Assembly (NCBI RefSeq): GCF_018350175.1
Contig: NC_058368.1
Location: 434,001-498,000, forward strand
Reading direction: 5' to 3'
Length of the DNA stretch: 64,000 nt
Origin: Felis catus
Lineage: Eukaryota
The notes under the pieces were generated by a model that searched no databases, had not been told where the DNA came from, and saw nothing but the letters and a program-made list of their open reading frames with translations. Below, piece after piece: positions 53,330 to 64,000 of the stretch; the first letter of the stretch is position 1; every line of letters begins with the position of its first letter. The translations under genes and the position numbers were made by a program.

Positions 53330-55670
53330 ACTTTTTTATGGTGCAAAATATACATAACAAAGATTACCTTGTTAGTCATTTTTTAATGTCCAGTTTAGTG
53401 CCATATGATAATTTTATGTTTAACTTTTTGAGGAAACACCAAAGTTTTCCACTGTAGCTATACATTTTACATTCCCACCAGTAGTACATGGGGTTCCAGT
53501 TTCCTCACCAACAATGTTGTTTTCTGGGTTTTTTTAATAATCATATCCTAATGAATATGAAACACTAATCTTGTGGGTTTTTTGCATTTTCCTCATGACT
53601 GGTTGGTTATGTTGAGTATTTTTTCATGTGGGTATTTATTCCTCATTTATATATCTTTTTTGAAGAAAAGTCTATTCAGGTCCTTTTTTTGGACTGGATT
53701 ATTTATTTTGTTGTTGGGTTGTTGGGTTGTAGAAGTTCTTTATACATTAATGATATTAATCCTGTATCAGATCTGTCATTTTCAGAGACTTTTTTCCCAT
53801 TCTTTGGATTGCCTTTTCACTCTTTGCCTTTTCATGAAAGTTATTGATAAAGTTCTATTTATTTTTTTCTTTTGTTGCCTGTGCTTTTGGTGTCCCATCT
53901 AAGAAATCATCACTGAATCTAATGTTACGAAGCTTTTGCCCTATGTTTTCTTCTAAGAATTTTACAGTTTTAGCTGTTACACTTAGTCTTTGATTGATTT
54001 TGAGTGAACTTTTGTGTATGGTATGAGAGAAGGGTCCAATTTCATTCTTTTCCATGTGAATGTCTTTTCTCAGCACCATTTGTTGAAAAGATGGTTTTTT
54101 TCTCTGTTGAATGTCTTGGCATGCTTGTCAGTACTCAGTTAACCATATCTTGTGAGGGTTTATTTCTGGGATCTCTGTTCCATCAGTCTGTCTGTTCTTA
54201 TGCCAGTAGCACACTTTTTTGATTACCATAGCTTTGTAGCAAGTTTTGAAATCGGGTTGTGTGAGTTCTCCAACTTTGTTCTTTTTCAAAACTGTTTTGG
54301 CAATTTGTGGTCCCTTGAGATTCCGTATGACTTTTTTAGGGTGGGTTTTTCTGTTCTGCCTGAAACATCACTGAGATTTTGATAGAGACTGCATTGCATT
54401 GTAGATTGCTTTGGGTGGTATTGTCAACAATATTAGGTCTTCCAATCCATGAATGTGGGATGTCTTTCCTCTTATTTTTGTCTTCTTTCATTTCTTTCAG
54501 TAATCTGGCATAGTGTGTAAGTGTACAGACTGTTGTTCCCTCCTTGTCTGTTTATTCCTAACTATATTCTTTTGTGTTTTGTGTTAAAGGAATTGTTTTC
54601 TTAATTTCCTTTTCAGACTGTTAATGTATAGAAATGTGTCTAGTTTTTGTGTGTTGATTTTGTAGCGTACATCTTTGCTAAATTCATTTATCAGCCCTGC
54701 TAGTATATTTGTGGCCTCTTTAGGGTTTTGTACATACAAAATCATGTCATGTGCAAAAATAGATAATTTAAACTTCTTTTCAATTTGGGTGTCTTTTATT
54801 TATTTTTTACCTAATACTCTGGCTAGAACGTAACAATAATATGTTAAATAGCATTGGCCAAAACACATCCTGATCTTGCTTCTGATCTTAGTGAAGAACT
54901 GACAGCTTTTTCTCTAACTAGTATAATGTTAGCTGTGGGTTTTTCATATATAGCCTTTACGTAGATGTAATCTCCCTCAATTCCTGTTTCTTTTAGTGTT
55001 TTTATAATGAAAGGGTGTTGAAATATGTCATCCTTTTTCTAAATTTTTTAAATGTTTATTTATTATCAAGAGACAGAGAGAGACAGAGCATGAGCATGGG
55101 AGGGACAGAGAGAGGGGGAGACACAGAATCCGAAGCAGGCTCCAGGCTCTGAGCTGTCAGCACAGAGCCTGACGCAGGTCTCAAACTCACAAACCGCGAG
55201 ATCATGGCCTGAGCTGAAGTTGGACGTTTAACCAACTGAGCCCCCCAGGTGTCCCTATGTCATCCTTTTTCTGCATTGATTGAGGGGATCATGTAGGGAT
55301 TTCCATTTCTTTCTGCTGTGGTATTAATGTTGTGGTATTAACATTCGTTGATTTTCATGTGTTGAATCATCTGTGCAATGTAGGAATAAATCCCACTTGG
55401 TCATGATGTATTCTCCTTTTAATATGTTGCTGAATTCAATTTGCTAATATTTTGTTGAGGATTTTGCATATAATAATCATAATCATATTTGTAGTTTTCT
55501 TGTAGTGTCTGCATATGGCTTTGATAATGCTGGCCTCTTAGAATAAGTTAGAAAGTGTTCCCAGCCCTTCAATTTTTTGGAAGGGTTTGAGGAGGGTTGT
55601 TGTTAATTCTTTAAATTTTTCGTAGAATTCACCAGTGCAGCCATCTGGCCCAGAGCTTTTCTTTGATAGC
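53330..55670 (-). mobile_element. Old L1 ORF2/3' fragment interrupted by a SINE
   Basis: Degenerate ORF2 sequence (ORF 53855..54079; aataaatcccacttggtcatg). Confidence 0.85.
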
Positions 55671-56202
55671 TCGTAGGTTGGAGCCCTGTGTCAGGTTCTG
55701 TGCTGACAGCTCAGAGCCTGGAGCCTGCTTCCGATTTCTGTGTCTTCCTCTGTCTCTGTTCCTCCACCCACTCATGCTCTCTCTCTTTCAAAAATAAATA
55801 AACATTTAAAAAAATAAAAAAATAAAATCTTATTGTATATTTATGTGTTATGTGTGTGTTGATGGAAATTTTAAAATGTGAAGGCACATCACTTTTGAGA
55901 AGTGAATACAAATGGGTCTTTGAAATGGCACAAGTGATTACAAGATAGGATTTCTCTTTTAGGTAGAATCATCTCGGGTCTGTCTTCTGTAATTCTGTGA
56001 CATGACAATTATATCCTGCTTTTTCTGTAGTTATCCATACATAGTTTTCAATTGTAATACATTTCAGTTGAATTGAATGCCTCATTTACCATGTTCATAA
56101 ACTAGTGAAATTACCCTTTTGTTACTACTCACATACTATAGACTTACTTTCATGTGCATATTTATAAAATGCTGTAAAATAATTTTGGGATCTTATATGA
56201 AG

Positions 56203-56374
56203 GAAAAAGAACCTGTGTGAAGAAGTAGTAAGAAATACAGATGATTATCTGTCAAATGTAATAATGGCTAAAAGCTACATTGAAGAGAAAAAAAATGATT
56301 TGGCTGCAGCTATGAAGATAGCAAGAGAGTTAAAATCAGCACCTTCTTTAAGGACTTATTGTGACCTGAATCAG
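56203..56374 (+). CDS. RNF17: RNF17 exon 7 (RKKNLCEEVVRNTDDYLSNVIMAKSYIEEKKNDLAAAMKIARELKSAPSLRTYCDLNQ), coiled-coil region
   Basis: Acceptor tatgaag| (weak pyrimidine tract), donor CAG|gtaatt; 172 nt; overlaps ORF 56264..56503. Confidence 0.92.
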
Positions 56375-56896
56375 GTAATTTTAATAGATCATAATATAAA
56401 TTTTTCTGAAGTGTATTATTTTACATGCTTTGGAATATACTATTTAAGACTTAAGAAGAATATATTTTTAGATTATCCTAATTTATTTGGCCTCAATTCT
56501 TAGTTTGAATTCTAAGACAAACATTAATTTATTTAGCCTTTTGTTATTTACCAGTTAGGGAAATGGTTCAGTAAGGTCTTTATAACACACAATCCGAAAG
56601 CAAGTAGGGTGACATTGAGTTGAAAATTGATGTTCCCAAGATATTTGAATAAAAAATGAGGATATATAAGGGCAGCAAACTTAATGGGACTTGTTTTTCT
56701 TTTCATGATATGAATTTAGATATGTCTGTCAGCTCGTAAAAACTTAATTCAAAAGACGCCTGGTGGCAGTTGAGCGTCTCACTCTTGATTTGGGCTCAGG
56801 TCATGATCCCAGGGTCACAGGCTCAAGCCCTGCATTGGGCTCTGTGCTGAGCATGGAGCCTGCTTAAGAGTGTCTGTCTGTCTCTCAAAAAAAAAA

Positions 56897-56937
<41 letters not shown>

Positions 56938-57821
56938 TCTCCCTCCCTCCCTCCCCTCCCCCCACCTTCTCCCTCACTCATGCTCTGCTTGCTTTCTCTC
57001 TCTCTAAAATAAAATTTAACTTAAAGATTTCATTCAGGGTTTTTCCCCCTTCTTCCTGCCTCTCCGAATATGCAGGTCAAGAGATAGGGTGTGTCCAGTA
57101 TGTCCTGTCATCTATCCAGGTGCCTAGGGAGCATAGTTGGGCAAAAATAAAAACATGTTTCTGATGAGATTGTTTGACAAGACAGGGTTAACCATTGATC
57201 TTTTTTTCTGAGTTCTACCTTGCTCTCTTTGGATATAGATCCTACTCTATTGTCTTTGAATCCTCATGGCCTCATTTCCCACAGATAAGCATGTGTTTGG
57301 GAAGAACTGAGGTATAAAATAGAAGCCATTGGTTTTTCTGCCTTCAAAGTCTATAAGTGAAGGGTGAAGAGTTTGCCACCATCTTACTTGGTCAGGCCTC
57401 TCTCCAGTTGTATTACACATGAGGCATTAGGAGGTGTAAAAAAGTGATAAGATTTGGTCTTCTCCCTAGTTAGATTCATTAAGAAGATGAGGCAAAAAAG
57501 ACATTTGAGGATAGCAGTGCAAATGCAGAGTGAATCTGATCAGAATTTTCTGTGATTACATAACTATATTCTATTTGTTAACTACTGTCTTTTGTTGTTA
57601 TCTGTTATTTATATCTCTAAAAGATTTTAAATTTCGTTAGGGAAAAAATTCATAAACACTTGATTTGCTCTCATTGGATGCCTAAAATCAAACCTTGAAC
57701 ACATTAATTAGTAAAACAGTTATTAAAGGATATAGTTTTAATTCTAAAATCTTAATTTGTTTTAGCGATAATTATTTTTTTAAAATTTCACATCTGAGTA
57801 ACACTTCTCTTCTGATTCTAG

Positions 57822-57898
57822 ATTATCCGTACTTTGAAATTAACATTTGAGAGTGAATTGTTACAAGTTAGCACTCTAAAACTAAGGAATTCTCCCAG
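57822..57898 (+). CDS. RNF17: RNF17 exon 8 (IIRTLKLTFESELLQVSTLKLRNSPR)
   Basis: Acceptor gattctag|, donor AG|gtaaga; 77 nt. Confidence 0.92.
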
Positions 57899-58064
57899 GT
57901 AAGAAGTTATAACTCAGGAGAACATAACAATTAAGTATAAAATGTATTAGAGCCTCGATTTATTAAATAACAAGCAATTATAAATTGAAATTTGGGTCAC
58001 AAATGTTTCCCAAATTAACAACCATATAATGTAATAGTAACTTATACATTAGAAAAAAATTGTT

Positions 58065-58361
58065 ATATGATATTTGTCTTTCTCTGACTAATTTCGCTTA
58101 GCATAATACTCATATGAGGACTTTAAGACACAGAACAGATGAACACAAGGGAAAAGAAGCAAAAATAATATAAAAACAGGGAGGGGAACAAAACAGACTC
58201 TTAAATATGGAGAACAAACAGGGTTACTGGAGGGCTTGTGGGAGGGGAGATGGGCTAAATGGGTAAGGGACATTAAGGAATCTACTCCTGAAATCATTGT
58301 TGCACTATATGCTAACTAACTTAGATGTAAATTTTAAAAATTAAATATAAAAAAAGGAAAA
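58065..58361 (+). mobile_element. Short L1 3' insertion with 5' inversion
   Basis: Minus-strand piece 58065-58110 joined to a plus-strand 3'UTR with A-tail; perfect 14-bp TSD agaaaaaaattgtt at 58051-58064 and 58362-58375. Confidence 0.88.
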
Positions 58362-58459
58362 AGAAAAAAATTGTTGTCTTTTAGGGTTTTTAATGTCAGC
58401 AACTGACTTTTAAAGAAAGTAACAAATTTGTATTAGAGCATTTAAAAATGTTCTGTCTT

Positions 58460-58690
58460 GGGGCGCCTGGGTGGCTCAGTCAGTTAAGCGTCCGACTTCA
58501 GCCAGGTCACGATCTCGCGGTCCGTGAGTTCGAGCCCCGCATCAGGCTCTGGGCTGATGGCTCAGAGCCTGGAGCCTGCTTCTGATTCTGTGTCTCCCTC
58601 TCTCTCTGCCCCTCCCCAGTTCATGCTCTGTCTCTCTCTGTCCCAAAAATAAATAAACGTTAAAAAAAAAAAAAATTTAAAATTAAAAAA
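58460..58690 (+). mobile_element. Young SINEC_Fc-type SINE in intron 8
   Basis: CpG-rich body; flanking aaaaatgttct repeats. Confidence 0.95.
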
Positions 58691-58870
58691 AAAAATGTTC
58701 TTTTAGAGTTTAATGCCAGCAACTGACTTTTATAGAAAGTAATAGTAAAAGTATAGGAAGTAATAGTTTACTTTTATAGAAAGTAATAAATAGTTCAGTT
58801 CAGCTGACTTTTAGAGAAAGTAATAAACTTGGATTAGAACATTTACTTACATGCTAGTGTTTTATTTCAG

Positions 58871-58945
58871 GTTGAATATGAATTGTAGTGAGATCATCTG
58901 TATGTTCAACAATATGGGAAAGATTGAATTTGAGAGCTTAACAAA
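58871..58945 (+). CDS. RNF17: RNF17 exon 9 (RLNMNCSEIICMFNNMGKIEFESLTK)
   Basis: Acceptor tttatttcag|, donor AA|gtaagt; 75 nt; NCSEIICMFNNMGKIEF motif. Confidence 0.93.
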
Positions 58946-59589
58946 GTAAGTATAAGAATGGCAACATGCCATTAATATCTGATAGAGTCTAAGAGACAGA
59001 AAAATTACCTAAGAGACAGGAAAATTGATGTGTTGTATGTATGATTCAAAAGCTTTAAAATAATATAAAGGGCAACGGTTTCTATCCATTAAATTCTGTG
59101 TGAGATATTTAAGAATGAAACGACCTGGAATCAGTATTAAATGATATATATGTGAAAGTTATCTTTGAGATTCATTCGTTCAGACAGGATTGAACACTGA
59201 TTTTGTTCTAAGCACTAACATGATAAACATTATATATGTCAGAGAAGTTACAATAAGTAGAGGATGACATATGTAAACAATAAACTGAATAATTGCTATG
59301 ATAGTAATATATACAGAATTTAATGGAGATGCAAAGGAAAGGAATGGTCCGTTTTTGGTGGTAACAATCGATTTGGGAAAAGGAAAATTTTATCTATGAA
59401 AAATGACTAACAATTGGAAAGGCAATCAAAAAGGAGGGACGCATCATAACAGAAAGAAAGGTATGGTCAGTGAGATAACATACTACATTCAGGGAACTGC
59501 ATATATAATTTCACTTGGTAGACGATACATATAAGCTAAATCCTGAAGACTTTGTATGCTGTGCAGCAGTTTGGACTTTTTTTTTCTAC

Positions 59590-59915
59590 ATCCATGTTAT
59601 CCAATATGGTATCCATTAACCACATGTGCCCATTTAAATTTAAGCACAAATTAATTAAAACAAAGTTAAAAGAAAAAATTGGAGGGGTGCCTGGCTGGCT
59701 CAGTTGGTAGAGCATGTGACTCTTGATCTTGGGGTCATGAGTTCGAGCCTCACGTTGATCGTAGAGATTACTTTAAAAAAATTGAAAAATTGGATTTCTT
59801 AATTGTACTAGCACATTTCAGGTGCTCAGTAGTAGCCACTTGTGGTTAGTAGCTACCATGTTGGACAGTCCCACACTTGCATTATCATGGAAAGCTCTAT
59901 TGGACAGCACAGCTA
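59590..59915. mobile_element. MER3-like hAT DNA transposon interrupted by a short SINE (59684-59790), within L2-like sequence
   Basis: tccaatatggta...cacatttcaggtgctcagtagtagccacttgtggttagtagctaccatgttggacag...ctattggacagcacag. Confidence 0.75.
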
Positions 59916-61589
59916 TAGACAGTTGAAAACCACTAAAAGATGATTTCAACAGGAAAATAAAATAATTAGTTTGAATTTTAAAAAGATAACTTTGGTGGCT
60001 ATTTATAGGATTATTTGGAAAGGAGTATGAGGCTAGAGGCTGAAGGATCAGTGGGGCTGTTGTATCAATAGTCTCAGCAAATGATGAGAAACGAAACATA
60101 GGTAGTATCACTAGAGAGCAATAGATATGACAAATGCTAAGTAGGGAAAATTGATAAAACTTATTGTTTGAGTGTGATAAATGAGGGAAAGAGAAGCATC
60201 CTTTACAGGCCTGGCTTTGGTGATTAAGTTGATGGATTGGTATTCACCAAGATTGGGACTACAAGAAGAAAATTTGGGAGTTGGGGATAGTAGACATGTT
60301 GAGTTATTGTTGTTGATGAGATGTATGGGGGAAAATGTCCAGAGAGCAGTTAGCTACATGTGCTAAAACTTAAGAAAAGGTCTTGAACTTGATTCTAGCT
60401 TTAGGATTAGTCAGAATACAGATGGTTTAGAAACCCACCGAAAGAAAATAAGTTCATTCAATTTTAAGTGGTATGTGTCCAGGGGAAATCATCCCTCAGG
60501 GAGCATCACATTCATTACCTTCTAGAGTTTAGCCCACAGTGTTAAAAGGTCAGGAACAGACATGAGCAGATCTGCTTTAAGCCAGGTAAACTCCTGTAAG
60601 CCAAATTCACAAAACTGAATGCCAGTTTAGCCAGAATGCTACTTTATTAACTTAATGGACAAATACAATTGCCACAGGGACTAGGATACTTGTGTTGGGA
60701 TTCTTTTCTAGTCCAGACAGGCCTAAGAAGCGAAATTATCAAAAATTTCTTTGTTTGCAGTCTTGTTTGGAATAAAGGGGAAAAGATTAATCAAGTAGCT
60801 TAATAGCATTAGACTTAGATAGCACATTTCTTACCTCAGAGGAAAGACCCTGCCAGAGGTCTAGAGTGCCAGTCCTTGGGCTCAGGGCATCTTCCCCCAG
60901 GTGTGGAGCCCTGTACCATATTTGTCTGTGACCTTACTTTTGTGCTTCCATGGATAATCATCAGTCTTTGCAATGAATACATTCTTCTAGATATTTCCAT
61001 AACTTGAATATTGTCACTATTGAACATTTTTAGTATCAAAAGCTATTCTGTCTCTTTAAGAGTCTGCATATATCTTGTTTTGATTTTAAATTTAATTCAG
61101 AGTAGTCTTAAATTTTTTCCTAGTTTTAAGAGAAAGTACACTGTAATCTGCTTCTACTTATTACAGGTGGTAATTAAACAATGGGTTTGCCCAGTAAGAG
61201 TAGGTACTGACATAAGTCAAGGACAGTACCTTGGAAAAATATTAAATTTTAAAACTGATAAAGGGCAACCTGCAAAAATAAAACAAAACAAGATTGAGAA
61301 GGAGTAGGCAGAGGTTGAGGAACAAATGGGAGCAAGTGGTGCTCTAGAAGTCAAAGGAGGAGTTTGAGACTGGACTTGGTGGACAGTGTTAAATATCCCA
61401 GGTCAAATGAGAGTTGTTATAAAAAGGAATGTGTGGTTTGCAAAGTTGTGTACATATACATATCCTCAGATATACATATCTTTTGAATTCAACGTGTGTT
61501 CAAAGCATACCTTTTGTTGGAAGAAACAGATAATGTGTCATTGCTGAATCTAATTGGCCTTGTTAGTTCTTATTTCTAAAATGCTTTTT

Positions 61590-61800
61590 ATTTTTTTATT
61601 TAAAAAAATTACTTTTAAGTTTATTTTGAGAGACAGAGCAGACAAGGGGCAGAGAGAGAGGGAGAGAGAGAGAATCTCAGGCAGCTTTTGTGCTGTCAGC
61701 CCAGAGCCCAACGCAGGGCTCAAACTCATGAACCATGAGATCATGACCTGAGCTGAAACCAGAGTCCAACGCTTAACTGACTGAGCCACCCAGGCACCCC
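61590..61800 (-). mobile_element. Can-SINE adjoining the PRMT1 retrocopy
   Basis: SINE body; ctaaaatgc repeats at 61576 and 61800. Confidence 0.92.
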
Positions 61801-61810
61801 TAAAATGCCA

Positions 61811-62241
<431 letters not shown>

Positions 62242-62744
62242 CTAAAATGTTTTCTTAGTGATGATCTGTGATGAAGCTAAATTCGTAATGGGTTAACTAA
62301 AAGACAAGCTTTTTGAGACTCCATCTCATTTCTTTGATAGAATTTCTGTACTTGTAGATTTGATAGCCTAAATCTATGTGGATATGTGAAGAAGATAGAA
62401 AAACATGGAGTCAACCATATAAACGATTAGCTGTAGGTTAGTGGCTACCAAATAATACCTCCCAAAGGGTTCAGACTAAAGGTGGTTTTTAGGCTAGGTG
62501 GAGATTTCTAATGATCTGTTCAGGATTGTACCCTTCACTGTTTCCTATACTTTATTTTTAAGCTAGGGAATTAGAAGAAATAACCATAATTTAAAATCAA
62601 ACAGCTAAGCCAAATCACAATGATTTTTTAAGCCTATATTCACTGTTTTTTAGGACTAGAAGATTATGACATGACTGTATCAACTTTTTCCTTCAGCTTC
62701 TCATTGATTATACCTCTTGTTGACCTTTTAAAACCCCTAGGTTT

Positions 62745-62900
62745 CTCTTAAAAACTGAGAATAAGCTGAGGGTTGATGGGGGGTGGGAGGGAATTGAGGG
62801 TGGGTGCTGGGCATTGAGGAGGGCACCTGTTGGGATGAGCACTGGGTGTTGTATGGAAACGAATTTGACAATAAATTTCATATTAAAAAAAAAAAAAAAA
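62745..62900 (+). mobile_element. Short young L1 3'-end insertion
   Basis: Same 3'UTR type as copies A and B, A-tail, near-TSD ending taggttt on both sides. Confidence 0.88.
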
Positions 62901-63118
62901 CCTTAGGTTTGCTTAGGGCTGGGAATGGGCAAAAGTTCTTTCTGGGTTCTAAAATTAGATTAAAATGTTCTAAAATTAGATTATGGTGATGGTTGCACAA
63001 CTGTAAATTTAGTAAAGATGATTGAGTTTCATGTTATGCAAATTATACATCAGTAAGGCTATGTAAAAGATACTTCTGAGGCACCTATACAGCTTTACCT
63101 TTTTATATGTGTCATGGT

Positions 63119-63306
63119 ATTTTTTTAAGTTTATTTATTTTGAGAGAGAGAGCATGAGCAGGGGAGGGAGAGAGAGAGAGAATCCCAAGTAGGCTCCACA
63201 CAGCCAGCACAGAGCCTGATGTGGGGCTCAAACTCATGAACCACAAGATAATGACCTGAGCCAAACCAGGAGTTGGATGCTCAACTGACTGAGCCACCCA
63301 GACACT
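63119..63306 (-). mobile_element. Can-SINE
   Basis: SINE body; TSD ttatatgtgtca. Confidence 0.9.
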
Positions 63307-63415
63307 CTTATATGTGTCACCTTATTAACTGTCATGTGAATAGGAAATGACTTGAATGTAGATACAAAAAATTTATGAAACAATTTAAAGTAGCCATATG
63401 CCTATGTATTTTTTT

Positions 63416-63537
63416 CCTCCCAACTTTTATTTATTCCAGTTAGTTAACATGCAGTGTAATATTGGTTTCTGGTACAAAATTAAGTGATCTGTCACATACT
63501 TCCAACACTCAGTGCTCATCACAAGTGTTCTTAATAC
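63416..63537 (-). mobile_element. ~120-bp L1 3'-end fragment abutting the exon 10 acceptor
   Basis: ttagttaacatgcagtgtaatattggtttc...cagtgctcatcacaagtg...cttaatac matches L1 3' ends such as 31370-31475. Confidence 0.8.
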
Positions 63538-63556
63538 TTGTCTATTTTTTAAACAG

Positions 63557-63864
63557 ATGTAATCCCCAAGAAAATGAAATGGAACAGAATGTTCAAAAGC
63601 AATATAATCATAAAAAGGAATTTTCTTGTCATGATACATACCCATCACAAGAAAAGAAAAAGATTGACGTGTCTTTCCTAACTAATGAAGCCCCACCATG
63701 TTCTTTGCAATGGGAAACCAATGATGTGCATTTAGAAGCAGAAGATTTCCAGCCACAGAAAGAGGTTGTTGCAACACCATCCCCTAAAACCATTACTATT
63801 CTGCCTCAGATGGGATCTAGCCCTGATGTGATAATTGAAGAAATTATTGAAGAAAACCTGGAAA
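63557..63864 (+). CDS. RNF17: RNF17 exon 10 ([17 protein letters not shown]...[19 protein letters not shown]); gene continues beyond the window
   Basis: Acceptor ttttaaacag|, donor A|gtgagt; 308 nt; inside ORF 63462..63872; [17 protein letters not shown] motif. Confidence 0.93.
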
Positions 63865-64000
63865 GTGAGTGAAAATACAAAAGCAAGGAAACAATATGTC
63901 TGTAATTAGAAACAAAATTAGTTCCTATATTTAATAGAAACATAGTGCTGTTATCTTATACCTTCTTCATTATGAGTTAACATCCATTGATTCCTTGTCC

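Larger units (their letters stand above)
51434..57015. mobile_element. Can-SINEs in introns 6-7. Plus: ~51434-51630, 55673-55825 (partial), 56756-57015. Minus: ~52801-53062, 55041-55255
   Basis: SINE heads and tails; perfect 17-bp TSD tatgtcatcctttttct at 55024 and 55256. Confidence 0.9.

Noticed and set aside
56375..56503. ORF extension past exon 7, and the similar upstream extension 63462-63556 before exon 10
   Set aside because: Chance open frames across canonical splice sites; the exon 10 extension is L1-derived.

Overview
Mammalian, almost certainly felid, genomic DNA (young SINEC_Fc-type Can-SINEs, carnivore L1s). The right half holds the CpG-rich promoter and first 10 coding exons (1,246 nt, all GT-AG, phases consistent) of RNF17/TDRD4, a germline RING/Tudor protein of the piRNA pathway; the gene continues past the window. 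Its introns carry a full-length antisense L1, many SINEs, two 5'-inverted L1 fragments and a 5'-truncated PRMT1 retrocopy. The left half is repeat-rich intergenic DNA. Its most unusual feature is a head-to-head pair of dead L1s (3113-8587 minus, 19530-25460 plus) about 11 kb apart. They appear mirror-identical over about 5.0 kb, sharing disabling and idiosyncratic mutations, yet differ by roughly 11% at the 3' ends and are clearly diverged at the 5' ends. This suggests long-tract gene conversion between inverted L1s, with weaker hints that the spacer has inverted, about 2.7 kb upstream of RNF17. Repeat boundaries and family names are by eye and approximate.
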